Of a stretch of 34,297 nucleotides of DNA, positions 1-11,361 are shown piece by piece. The notes under the pieces were generated by a model. That model did no database searches and was not told the origin of the DNA. It was given only the letters and a program-made list of their open reading frames with translations. The translations under genes were made by a program, and so were the position numbers. This DNA comes from Sphaeroforma arctica JP610. Lineage: Eukaryota. Every line of letters starts with the position of its first letter. Position 1 is the first letter of the stretch. Location: the NCBI RefSeq assembly GCF_001186125.1, contig NW_014039677.1, forward strand, positions 1-34,297, in the 5' to 3' direction.

Positions 1-14
1 TATATATATATATA

Positions 15-1040
15 GGCATTCAGTTTCTGATATTCATTGTAAACCCTGGCCATGTCCATTGGTCCCTTATGGTGTTGGATATGGACAAGCAACTGGTATA
101 TCCTTGCGTGCCAGTGTACATTCTGGATAGCATGTATGGTTCAACGATACCGTATTATTACAAATAAAGGATTGAGTCAACCTTTAACTTTAAGCTGTAT
201 ATCGAGAATATACTTATATTAGTCCCTCCAATCCATCTTGAGGTATCAAGCCAAGACAATAATTTCGACTGCGGTGTACACACACTGCTTAATTTGTCTT
301 TTTTTTTTAGTGAATCCGCGCCAATTCCTAGATCAGCCCGTTGAATCAACTGCTCAAGATATATATAACGAGAGAACGTAAATTCACTCATTCTTCAACT
401 TCTGTTGGAATGCAGCAAAGCAAGATCGTACCTCTATGGATAGTAGTATTACATTTGAAGATGTTGCTGTTGAATCAGTCAGTTTTCACATCTTGGACGA
501 CGATAAGAGCAAATCCAGTGTTGTGGACCAGAACCAGGATTTCGAATCTACAAGAGAGACCGTCGATGACTACATCAGTTTGAGTGCCGATTCAGAAGCA
601 AGATCTACTATAGGATCAGAATCTGAGACATATATGTTTCTGACTGATGTTATTATCTCAATAGAGGAACTGTATGAATACGACAATGATCAGAACATAC
701 GGAGAAGAACGAGTTGGTCTGAGCTCAATGAAACTTTAGGGTTGCAGGATGACCTCCCGAGTAAAGAACTCGTAGATAAACTTACCCACATGTTCCAAAT
801 CAGCTCTAAAAGAGAAAGGGTGGAGGTGCTATCACGTGTTATCCCTTCTATGACAAGAGATGAAAGATAAACTTTTTTAGAGGGTTTTCAAGATGACATG
901 GCCGAATTCAATAGCATTCAGCTTCTACAGAATTTGATTTCACCTGTAAATACTGGAAGTGTCAGAGAAAGAATATCACGAGCAGACAAATAAAGGGGAG
1001 AATATGAAAGATACGTTAATTCATTCATTCGGTTGTTAAG
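15..1040 (+). pseudogene. Degraded gene with a Ulp1/SENP-type (peptidase C48) cysteine protease domain followed by an acidic region (includes ORF 436..870)
   Basis: The frame starting at 15 reads GIQFLIFIVNPGHVHWSLMVLD...VYILDS...(TAA 165-167)...SQDNNFDCGVHTLL, giving the C48 HW, DS and QxNxxDCG motifs in order. An apparent frameshift in the T-run at ~299-308 leads to the frame of ORF 436..870. Further in-frame TAA stops occur at 379, 868 and 991, followed by an intron-like gtatgt...tag. Confidence 0.75.
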
Positions 1041-2989
1041 TATGTATGTCGATTTTTTTTCTTTCAATTATGTGTAGACTATTGCTCATCTAACTCTGCA
1101 TGACTTGTGTTTTGATTATTTGAAAAAATGCATATGACCTAGATCAATTTGACTTGTAGGGGTTGAGTTACATTTTGCCTCACATTATCTTCTAGAATTC
1201 TTCGCGATGGGTTTTGTGTGGATATCCCGGACCGTGATGGGTTGGAGCACGAATCTTACGCTCTTTACCTAGGAACAGTGAAGAGTAACGAGACGTTCAA
1301 GGATGAAGATGCTTTTATAAATGCGGTGTATGCTCACGCCGAACGAATGCGGAAAGCTGTATTGTAAGTTTCAAGTGATAGTTTTGATGATAGTGGCGTG
1401 CCCATTCTTGAGCGGTTTTGAGTTAGATTATCGTCGGTCCCTCGCAAACTATTTAATACTTTACTATCAGTGATATATGTTGTATAGGAGCCCTGTCACC
1501 TGGCGCATGGAGGTTAGCTCGTATGTTTGCATCAGCACCCAAGTATGAGCGTGAACGTCAAACCCCTGTTGCGGTCGCGATAGATTTTCTCGACGATGTT
1601 CTTCTGATTCGTCAATGCTCAGCTTTGTCAATGCTCACGTAAAATACGTCCCGATCTGCTCGGATAAGTATTCTTGCCAATGTGGATGCATGCGAAGAGT
1701 ACTGCGTCAGTACGCTCCCTCCGCAGCATGACTTATAAGGCAAAGCACACCGTGATTGTGGTAGCCCTGTTTATGACGGCGGGGTATCTTACTGTCGCAT
1801 CTCCATAAACCTACTTTGCGTTCAAAATCACAAATCTGTGTATCGGGGCGTACCCGAAGGCTTCGACTTCATGCATGCTAATATATGTCGGTATGCGTTG
1901 CCCTCCAAGTCCTATTCTCGTGTGTGTGCAATAAGAGCAATAAACATAGATTGCAATTTTCGTGCATTCTCCACAATAAGTCTAATAGCGCCTTAGCCTT
2001 CTTTTTGCAGAGCTCTGTGGAAGCCCTTTTACGTGTAAATAGGATCTAGCTTGTGAAATTCGCGCATTCTTATGCCAGTCTAAGATAAATGAATGCAGTT
2101 GTATCTTCTACCGGTTTTCCAACCAATAACTGCCCTGTGAGTTAGATGGTCATTCCTTCGGCGTCTGTTTGTCCAAAGTCACTGAGCATGTTTTCAGAGT
2201 CTGACATTGATTAAGCGGGTACCGTGGAGAGTTCATCAGATGGAAATCGCCCATGACGAGCACCATGCTGATGACATATCATATTTTGCTAATATGATCG
2301 CGATCAAGCAGAAGCGCATCGATCAGCTACTTCAGGCCCAACGTGGGCAAGACCACAGGGGTAACCAGAAGTACAAGGGACAGATCAATCGACTTAAGTC
2401 GAACTGGGATGCCAACAGCAAGCAGGTCGCGTTTATAAACAACCATGACCTCGACACGCTAACCCGTACGCTTAATGCGTTTACGGTCATGTTGGAGACG
2501 AATGATATCGCTCCCCAGCAATGGATTTCCGCTTTGATGCAGTCGTTTGACCCTACAGGAACAATTTACTTGATCCTGCAGCGACACCAGCATGAGCTAG
2601 ACACTTGTCGTGACTGGCCAGTTTTGTTTTGGTTGGTTACGTCCTTATTAAGCAAGGACATGCGAAATCCAGGACTGATTTCAATCTTAACTGAACCAGT
2701 TGAGAATACACCTGTTCATAGAGATATTCTGAAACTTGATGCTGACCTTAAACGTCCAGATATAACAAAGGACAAGGCGCAGCGATGGTACGAGTTCCTG
2801 GTTATACATGTTTTCTGTAAGAACATAGGGAACAACGACCGTGAAAGCCTGTACACCGAGTTGCGACGTAAATACGCAACTGAGGCCTTGAGACAAGGGA
2901 CATGAAACAAAGTTTCATCTATCCCGACTTACGTGGGAACATTTTTATGATGCTGTAAAGACTCTTTTACCCGCACATCGAGTAACCTC

Positions 2990-3507
2990 TGTTAGAGTAC
3001 AATGTAGTAGACTTTAAATAAAGTGCAAATGTATGTATTTATTTCTGACCTCACCTTTGGTTTTATACCAAAGGTGTTTGTGCTAGTGCTCAGCCGCTTG
3101 GGCTGGCCAGGGTAAAACCTCATATGGTCAGTATGAGAAACCTTATGCGGAACACTTTAACACTTCGATGCTTTTCTATTTCAACTTCTCTGCAACTAAA
3201 TCTCACGCTGATCACATGATGCTTTTCCGCATAGGTTGTGACTCACATAGAACCGCAGCTTTTATTAATATGTTGTGATTGACAGGCTTAATCCACTCTC
3301 GGGAATCGGTTGAGAAACTAAATCTGTTTTCGGGAGTCGGTTAAGTAATAACTCAGCTCTTGAGAGTAATTTGAGCAACTTGATTAGCTCTCGGAAGTGA
3401 GCTAACTTTGATGACTAAGCTCTCGGGAGTGAACTAATTCTGATGACTTCCATAAATCAAAGATGGTTTCTTGCTGTAAAATCTGGCCTGAGACCTGTAG
3501 TCACTCA
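2990..3507 (-). repeat. Solo LTR (~518 bp) of the copia family whose 5' LTR remnant is at 16558-16666
   Basis: TG...CA termini (tgttagag...tcactca). Near-perfect 5-bp TSD acctc (2985-2989)/gcctc (3508-3512). Homologous to 14802-15294 and to the reverse complement of 16558-16666. Internal ctctcgggag subrepeats at ~3296-3430. Confidence 0.85.
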
Positions 3508-3829
3508 GCCTCGAAGGGAAAGGCAGTAAATAAGAAACTGCGCGAGCTCACTGATCAAGGATACCTCTCACGCCAGACGTCAGATGATAAACCTCATCAG
3601 ACGCGTCCTAACCAGACACGTGCTCGCGACTCCACTCAATCAACGCGACCCAATAAGCGGGCACGCGCGGAGGTGAAGGACAAGGAACCTCTATTTAAGG
3701 AGATTAAAAAATGTGCCGACGCACAGTGTGGGTATGACATGCACCAATTGGCCCCTAACGGTTATTAATCCATATTAGCCCCCGTCAGACACAGTCAAGG
3801 CATTAATACCTGACTTTGCGAACAAAATC

Positions 3830-4363
3830 ATGGATCTGATTCTAGTATATAAGAAGATAGAGATCACAGATTCGGCAAAATTATGTTTTAACGACGGATA
3901 TGTCAGCCTTGACTTAACCAAGGTGGACTTTACACAGTTAAAGTGTCCCTCAAGGAACTATGTATCCTGGAGATACGAGGCGGTGGTAAAAGAACAAGTT
4001 GAGAAATGGCTAGCAGATGGTGTGATAGAAATTAACTATCAACAGACGCCAGTCAACTTGGCACTACTAGCCGTAGATCAACATAACTCTAACGGATCGC
4101 TTAAGAAAGTCAGAGTATGTTTAGATATGAGTCAAATAAATAAATTTTTGCCGACTCATAGCTTTCAGTTACCTCGTATTAACGAGCGACTACGAAGGAT
4201 GGAAGGTGCTACAGTATTTACAACTATAGACCTTACACAAGGATACTATCAAATGCAGGTATATGAACCACATCGTAAATACTTTAGTTTGACGTGGAAA
4301 GGTAAACAATACAGGTTCAGAGATTACACTTGGCTGATTACCTTAAACCTTTTGGACACTTAA
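3830..4363 (+). pseudogene. Ty3/gypsy reverse transcriptase, N-terminal part (catalytic YxDD region deleted)
   Basis: EQVEKWLADGVI, KKVRVCLDM, FQLPRINE, FTTIDLTQGYYQ, WKGKQYRF. Visibly related to the RT at 24631..26226. Confidence 0.9.
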
Positions 4364-4534
4364 GATGCCATAAAGGCAAACTAGGAGACTTGTGGACTAA
4401 GGAGTGTGATGACGCGTTTAAAGCGCTCAAACACGCAGTCCAACTCGCCCCTGTTGTACAAGGACCAGTGATGATTTAGTTTGAACCGAAATTTGGAAGT
4501 AGTACTTCAACAGCGTGATTAGCCGGGGTATGTG

Positions 4535-5254
4535 NNNNNNNNNNNNNNNNNNNNNNNNNNNNNNNNNNNNNNNNNNNNNNNNNNNNNNNNNNNNNNNNNN
4601 NNNNNNNNNNNNNNNNNNNNNNNNNNNNNNNNNNNNNNNNNNNNNNNNNNNNNNNNNNNNNNNNNNNNNNNNNNNNNNNNNNNNNNNNNNNNNNNNNNNN
4701 NNNNNNNNNNNNNNNNNNNNNNNNNNNNNNNNNNNNNNNNNNNNNNNNNNNNNNNNNNNNNNNNNNNNNNNNNNNNNNNNNNNNNNNNNNNNNNNNNNNN
4801 NNNNNNNNNNNNNNNNNNNNNNNNNNNNNNNNNNNNNNNNNNNNNNNNNNNNNNNNNNNNNNNNNNNNNNNNNNNNNNNNNNNNNNNNNNNNNNNNNNNN
4901 NNNNNNNNNNNNNNNNNNNNNNNNNNNNNNNNNNNNNNNNNNNNNNNNNNNNNNNNNNNNNNNNNNNNNNNNNNNNNNNNNNNNNNNNNNNNNNNNNNNN
5001 NNNNNNNNNNNNNNNNNNNNNNNNNNNNNNNNNNNNNNNNNNNNNNNNNNNNNNNNNNNNNNNNNNNNNNNNNNNNNNNNNNNNNNNNNNNNNNNNNNNN
5101 NNNNNNNNNNNNNNNNNNNNNNNNNNNNNNNNNNNNNNNNNNNNNNNNNNNNNNNNNNNNNNNNNNNNNNNNNNNNNNNNNNNNNNNNNNNNNNNNNNNN
5201 NNNNNNNNNNNNNNNNNNNNNNNNNNNNNNNNNNNNNNNNNNNNNNNNNNNNNN
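4535..5254. other. Assembly gap (N run)
   Basis: Run of N. Confidence 1.
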
Positions 5255-5257
5255 AAC

Positions 5258-5289
5258 TCATAGCCTCCTGTCTTTTTAGGAGGCTATGA
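5258..5289. repeat. Perfect 12-bp inverted repeat / hairpin
   Basis: tcatagcctcct - 8-nt loop - aggaggctatga. Confidence 0.8.
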
Positions 5290-6943
5290 TCAACTACAGT
5301 AAATAAACAGATATTTAAATATCAAGAAGGCTATAGTTTTTGGTTGTTTTTTTTTTTGGAAGAAGGCTATATTGTCATTGTTTTTAATAATAAAAACATG
5401 GTTTTTTAAAAATATTTACATATGGGTTTTTTTTCTTTTTTTAAGAAACCGATTTAGGAGACTACGGGTTTTCTTAGTGTTTTTAAAAAAAGCCGAAACA
5501 CATTGTTTCATAAGCCGGTTAGGCACTCAGACCGTCAGGCGTCAGCAGCTGACTCAGCTTCAACAGTTAAAAAATTAAAACCCAACACTTCTAAAAAAAG
5601 TAAATATTTATGTAAAACCCGTTGGCCGTGGCCGGCCCTTGGGCCGCAGGCCGGGTTATTCGAGTTTTTCTAGCTCGGTCAATAACGGTTATCGGTACTT
5701 GTGGAATCATAGTTGGTACTTTTAAAAAAAACATATAATAAAAATATTAATAGATTAGTATAATAAATATAAATTTTTACACTCTCGCGCAGTCACGCAC
5801 AACTGCACATTCTCTTGGCATCGCACAGTGCCACAGACGCACACTTCTTGTGTCGGACGACGCACGGTCAGTCACACACACACATAATACGCGCACTCAA
5901 AAGCCAAAATCTCTTCTATTTGCAATCTGGAAACTATGTATGCATATGTATGATTTGTTTGTTTGTTTTTATAAAAAAATGAATACACACTTGTTGTGTG
6001 GGCCTTGTAGGGCCATGAGACCGTCAGACTGTCAATGCCATCACAGGCTCACAGCACAGATATTGCGGCCTGCGGCCCTGCGGCCTACGTGGATAAACTT
6101 TTTGTTTTGTTTTGTTTTAGGAGGAATTACAGTGAAATGTCCTCTATTTTTAGAGACTTGAATGTATTTAAATGTGTGTGTAGAAGAAGGCTATTTATTG
6201 CAGTCCTTTATTAGGAGAGTGATACATAAAGATACCACGAATATACGTTATAACGTTTCGTAAATATAGAAACTTTATACGTTTATGTAATTTTTTGTTT
6301 TATTTTTACAAAACAAAATCTTCTGCACATAAATATGTATAAAAAAGGAATTTGTTGTCCGAGAAAATTGCCTTTTTGAACACAAAGCCATCAGGCATCA
6401 GCCTTGAAATTTGTTTTTTACTATAAAAAACAAAATATGTATATACGACGCTATTTCCAACAAAACATAGTAAACGCACAGATAAAAATTAAATATACCC
6501 GATTCCTCGGAGTGTGGTGGATTGCTTTAAACGAGAACATGGCTCTCAGTAATCCTTTATTCGGTATTCCTGTGAATGTATTTATTTTCAATTTTAGAAA
6601 CGACTAGTAGACTACTCTAGAGTAATACGTAGGCTCTATATTTATAAATATAAATATATATATACATATTAGTGCAAAGTTGAAGAGAGCGAGAAGAAAG
6701 AATCCGTAGGACAATACATTGCATATATAATAGCTCTCACAGTAAATGAGCTACATATTAATAGTTCAATACTCGAGCATATACAACACCACGCAAACTA
6801 CAAGGGTAATAACGCGTCAATTAGTAACGATTTCCGTAAAATTCATCAGAATATACAACAGTACACAGTTCATAAACGAGAAACAACACCCTCTCGAATA
6901 CAAAACAATATAATATTCGAGTTCAATCAATCAACCAAGCAAC

Positions 6944-7909
6944 ATGTTCAGCATTAAATGGGATGATATGGACCTGGGTGACGTAAGCTTCAGCGACCTG
7001 GCTGGTAGTCGCGCCCCCGCTCGCGTCATAGATCATGAGAATGTTGCGGTGCGAAAGGCAGCTGTAAAGGGCACTGTTGAGATTATAGCGGACATGATTT
7101 TAGAAGCGAAGGGTAATCTAGTGTTTCTAACTGGGGCGGGGATGTCAGCCGCGTCTGATATACCTACTTTCCGAGACCCCGATCACGGTGTCTGGGCAAC
7201 ACGTGATCCCAAACAGTGTGGTACTAAAGAGGCCTTTGTGCATCACCCAGAGAGACTCTGGACTGTTTTGATGGACGTGGTAGGCCCGGAGAACGACCCC
7301 AAGCCCAACTTGGGTCACAAAGCGCTCGGAGATTTAGAAGCTTTGGGCTTCACATCGACCGTGGTCACGCAGAATGTTGATGACTTGCACGAAAACGCAG
7401 GTAACAAAGATGTCATGCACTTGCACGGCAATCTGTGGCGAACTTTCTGTGTAGCGTGTGGGTTGCAAGGGACAAACACGCACGAGTTATTGCGCACAGT
7501 GAAGAAGGTGGACTTGCCACCGCGCTGCGATCACTGTCACGGGGTGTTGAAGCCCGACGCGATTTTATTTGGCGAGTTATTAGACAATAGTATAGTGGAT
7601 CGGGCTTCCGATTTGGTCAAGCACACACCGCTATTGTTTGTGTTAGGTACCAGTGCTAGAGTTACGCCTGCGTCCGACTTTCCGATCATGGCTGCAAATC
7701 ATGGGGCGAAGGTGGTGGAGATCAATATGGAGAGAACTCAATTGACAGACACATGCGTAGATGTATTCATGAATGAACCTTTAGAGGTAGTGCTACCGCA
7801 GATAGTTGAGCTGGTGAGGCAAAAACATTTAAAAAAGGATCCTTTAGGAACGTCGATGTTCACACTTCTGTCGTCGGTACTGAACGGGTCATCGAAAATG
7901 CCGGAGTGA
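6944..7909 (+). CDS. NAD+-dependent protein deacylase, sirtuin (Sir2/CobB family), intronless
   Basis: Intact 321-aa ORF with GAGMSAASDIPTFR, TQNVDDLH, HLHGN, CVAC...CDHC zinc module, KPDAILFGE, GTSARVTPA and EINME. Confidence 0.95.
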   Translation: MFSIKWDDMDLGDVSFSDLAGSRAPARVIDHENVAVRKAAVKGTVEIIADMILEAKGNLVFLTGAGMSAASDIPTFRDPDHGVWATRDPKQCGTKEAFVHHPERLWTVLMDVVGPENDPKPNLGHKALGDLEALGFTSTVVTQNVDDLHENAGNKDVMHLHGNLWRTFCVACGLQGTNTHELLRTVKKVDLPPRCDHCHGVLKPDAILFGELLDNSIVDRASDLVKHTPLLFVLGTSARVTPASDFPIMAANHGAKVVEINMERTQLTDTCVDVFMNEPLEVVLPQIVELVRQKHLKKDPLGTSMFTLLSSVLNGSSKMPE

Positions 7910-8007
7910 AGCGATTCTTGCAAAGTCCCCTAATTTCAAGAGTGCAGCTATTCGGGTATATGTACTTGCATGTTATATACATTTATATATATATATGTCG
8001 AATATAG

Positions 8008-8331
8008 AACATACTGGCCTCAGCAGTGAGTGCGATGGAGAACACACCGTTGTTATTTGTACTGGGCACAAGTGCACGTGTGAGCCCGGCCACAGACCTA
8101 CCTGTGATTGCCTCGAACGCGGGGGCAAAGGTTGTGAAAATCAATATGGAGGAAACCCAACTAACCCACACGTGCGTGGACTACTACCTGCACGCGCCCC
8201 TAGAGACTGTCTTGCCACAGATCGTCGAGTGTGTGCGGAGGATACACCGGGAAAGTAAACCCCGGTCATCCATTGTGGCGTCTTTAAGCAAGACATTCTC
8301 GAGACCCTCACTGCTTCCCGACCAATTATAA
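8008..8331 (+). CDS. Diverged partial duplicate of the sirtuin C-terminal third (possible alternative last exon or gene fragment)
   Basis: TPLLFVLGTSARVSPATDLPVIASNAGAKVVKINMEETQLTHTCVDYYLHAPLETVLPQIVE aligns without gaps to the sirtuin C-terminus. It is preceded by an AT-rich tract ending in ...tatag (8007). Confidence 0.7.
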   Translation, partial: NILASAVSAMENTPLLFVLGTSARVSPATDLPVIASNAGAKVVKINMEETQLTHTCVDYYLHAPLETVLPQIVECVRRIHRESKPRSSIVASLSKTFSRPSLLPDQL

Positions 8332-8723
8332 ACTTAAAAGGTATATAAAAATACATCTTGCTTGCACCTACTCAGACTTGTTCATGAGGTTAGAAGTCGT
8401 TTCTCGTGTATGTGCATGCGCATGCAGGCAGTCTTGATAGCTTGATACTTATTCTCGCGAAAGATTTCTCGTTGATATAGTACCTGTATATCTGTCGTAG
8501 AGTTGTATCGCTTGTGCGCACGTGTGTGTTGACACAGAACGGAATGAATTTATTCACATCACTCACAGTGTTGAATTAGCATACGAATGGCTCAATATAA
8601 TGTGACTCTCACACATATAGTAAAGCACTTCATACATCAAGTAAGGGAAAGGCGTCACTTATAATGATGTGAAAGCTTTCTTGTACACGTACTTGTCCGA
8701 AATATATCTATTACTTTACAGGC

Positions 8724-9495
8724 ATGCATATATATATATATATACATATGCATGTGTGTGTGTGTGCGTGTATACCCGTCCTGATTTTCAGTTCAGAGAG
8801 CGACAGTATCAAATCCATTGCATCGGATACGTTGGGATCAGTTTCCTACACTTTTCTTGTATTAGTTGTTAGTAAGGCACATTTTTTTTGTTGAAATAAG
8901 GGATTGCGGAATGTGAAACAGCATTCCTGCTTTCAATTATGAATATGTTCTTTGGTTCCTGTAGAGATTTAAAATTCAAATATTCGTGCATATATGTTTA
9001 TATATATGTATATATACATATATATGTATATGTGTGTGCGTGTGCGTGTGTGTATGTATGAATCTATATCTATATCTATCTATATATATATCTTATGTAT
9101 ATATATATGTGTGTGTGTGTGTATATAGATATATAGATATATATATATGTGTGGATGTTTGTTTGTATGCATACATGTATGTCTGTATCTATGTATGTCT
9201 GTATCTATGTGTATCTATGTATGTATGTGGGTATGTATGCATGCATGCATATATGTATATGTAAAAAGATTTTATTATATACATTTATATAGATGTAAAT
9301 ATATTTTATCTTTTTCATACAGGTCTATATATATATATGTATCTTTACATATATTGATTGTTTTATACATGTTTATTTATATATATATATGTATGGATAT
9401 GTATATATATATATCTATATATATATATGTGGGTGGGTGGGTGGGTGTGGTTATATATATATATATATATGTTTGTGTCTTTTGTATATTTGTTA

Positions 9496-9536
<41 letters not shown>

Positions 9537-9855
9537 GTGTGTTTGCTTGTTTGCTTGTTTTTTTATATATATATATGTGTGTGTGTGCATGTGTGTGTAT
9601 ATATGTATATTATTGTAGTATTATATGATTATATATATATTCTTATTGTTTTAATTTTATATTGATGTATATGTATATTTTTGTATTCTTATATGAATAT
9701 ATATATATCTATATTCTTATATATATATTCTTATTGTTGTTATTATATATTTCTATATATATGTGTGTGCATGTGTGAGAGTGTGGGTGTGCATATGTTT
9801 ATATATATATATATAAATGTATATGTGCGTGTGTGTGTGTGTGAGTATATATATC
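8724..9855. repeat. Compound (TA)n/(TG)n microsatellite / low-complexity region
   Basis: Interspersed TA, TG, TATG and TCTA runs, densest from 8986 to 9855. Confidence 0.95.
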
Positions 9856-10175
9856 GTGTTTGAAATGTTCAAAAGCCAGTTCAGCAAAAACATACACGAT
9901 GTATTCGAGTCCTACTCAATGACTATCGATTCATCACGAATAATACTTGTCAACAAGATTTGACCTGCTAGCAGTGGCAGATCATCACTATTGCGGCCCT
10001 ACATTGGAGAGGATAGTACAGTGTATGCAATATGCTTTTCATTTGCATTTTTTAGACCAAAATTTAACATCGTTTCTTATTCTTCCCACAGTGCGATGTT
10101 AAATATTGTATCTCTATACCACGGTAGTATGTTACATTTTTTTCCCAATACCTGACCTTGTTTTGTAATTAACAA

Positions 10176-10964
10176 ATGATGCAAAAGTTGAAGAGCCTTG
10201 CCGAGCGAAATGTACCCTACCGTGTTCCACCGCTGAAAAATGTCACATTTCAATTTCACTCATCTTCGTACAATAGATTGCTTTTGGGAAACTTATGTTG
10301 CTTGAGTCGAATAAACCCAATCATTCGGAGAAATGACAGTTGGCACCATGATATATATTTTGTGCAGATAATGAATTGTGCCAAAATCTTGAGCGGGGAC
10401 TGCAATTTGCATTCAAGTAAACTCGAAAAAATTACACATAGGTCAACATGTTGTGCACACTACTTGAAGCTTTGCGCAATTACGTGTAGCGCCTATCAAT
10501 TAGCATTGAGGAATATATTGCTGGGTTCCATATCTATTAACATCATGTAGCTACAAAATATAGCGAAATTCAGTATTCGTGTTAATGGGTAAGTGATGGC
10601 CAACAGTCTCAATTGTGGGGTTTTTAAAAGGCGCGATCGTGATGTCAATGCGTGAGAACTTATACAGGTATGCAGGGTATATAAATCCTAACATTGCAGG
10701 GCAAATTTTTGTACTGTCCAATGTATGTTCGATAGATTTCACTACATTCACAGGCATCCGAATATAGAGAAATTAATTATTCATGTCGAGGATAGTTCTT
10801 TTTCTTTCTGGTTAGCGATCGCGATGCCAATCAGTGAGAACTTGTGCAGATATGCAGAGTGTATAAACTTAACATTGCAGGGGAAATTTTATACTGACCA
10901 ATGTAGGTTCGATGAATATCATTACCTTTACAAGCATCCGCAGCATGTATACGGTGCTATTTAA
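10176..10964 (+). pseudogene. Degenerate ORF with an internal ~60-codon tandem repeat, product unknown
   Basis: 10633-10760 and 10815-10940 are diverged copies with a 180-182 bp period. The second copy is open (AIAMPISENLCRYAECINLTLQGKFYTDQCRFDEYHYLYKHP); the first is frameshifted. Confidence 0.4.
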
Positions 10965-11361
10965 ATTAGGTGCCGATATCTGTGATGGAAATAGAAACAG
11001 CGCCATACAATGATAACAAGTACGTCTAACAGCCACATATGTGTACACATGTATATGAAGTAGAGCTTACACCACGCTCTATTCACCTCTTGTGTCCCAT
11101 TTCTCGCGAAAATCAATACAGTGCGTATTGCTCCTTCGTTGACATATGCAGCTCTACAAACATGTATCATCTACGCGATGTATGCGCATATTACAGAGTC
11201 CAGATTCACTACTGAAGAACTACTTGCCGTACGCATCTATTTTTTTTCGTATTGGATTCGCGTAATCAAGTGAGGTTTGTTTGTGAAGCGGGCACTACGT
11301 ACACTGGTTGTTCATACATGACATCGACTCGTGAATGTCTAAGCGATTCCAATGGCCGCGG

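Larger units (their letters stand above)
2207..4460 (+). mobile_element. Ty3/gypsy LTR retrotransposon remnant (gag-like ORF, deleted RT), interrupted by a solo LTR
   Basis: Gag-like ORF 2207..2905 continues after the solo LTR (3513-3768). RT N-terminus is in ORF 3830..4363, with a post-RT fragment LGDLWTKECDDAFKALKHAV at ~4380-4440. Confidence 0.8.

Noticed and set aside
165..993. Several in-frame TAA stops suggesting TAA=Gln recoding
   Set aside because: The locus also has a frameshift, neighbouring elements are broken by all three stop codons, and the sirtuin duplicate ends in TAA near the homologous position. Ordinary decay explains it.
4476..5279. Three long ORFs in the ORF track
   Set aside because: They are artefacts of the N gap.
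8669..9863. Y/I/C/V-rich ORFs
   Set aside because: They are translations of TA/TG microsatellites.
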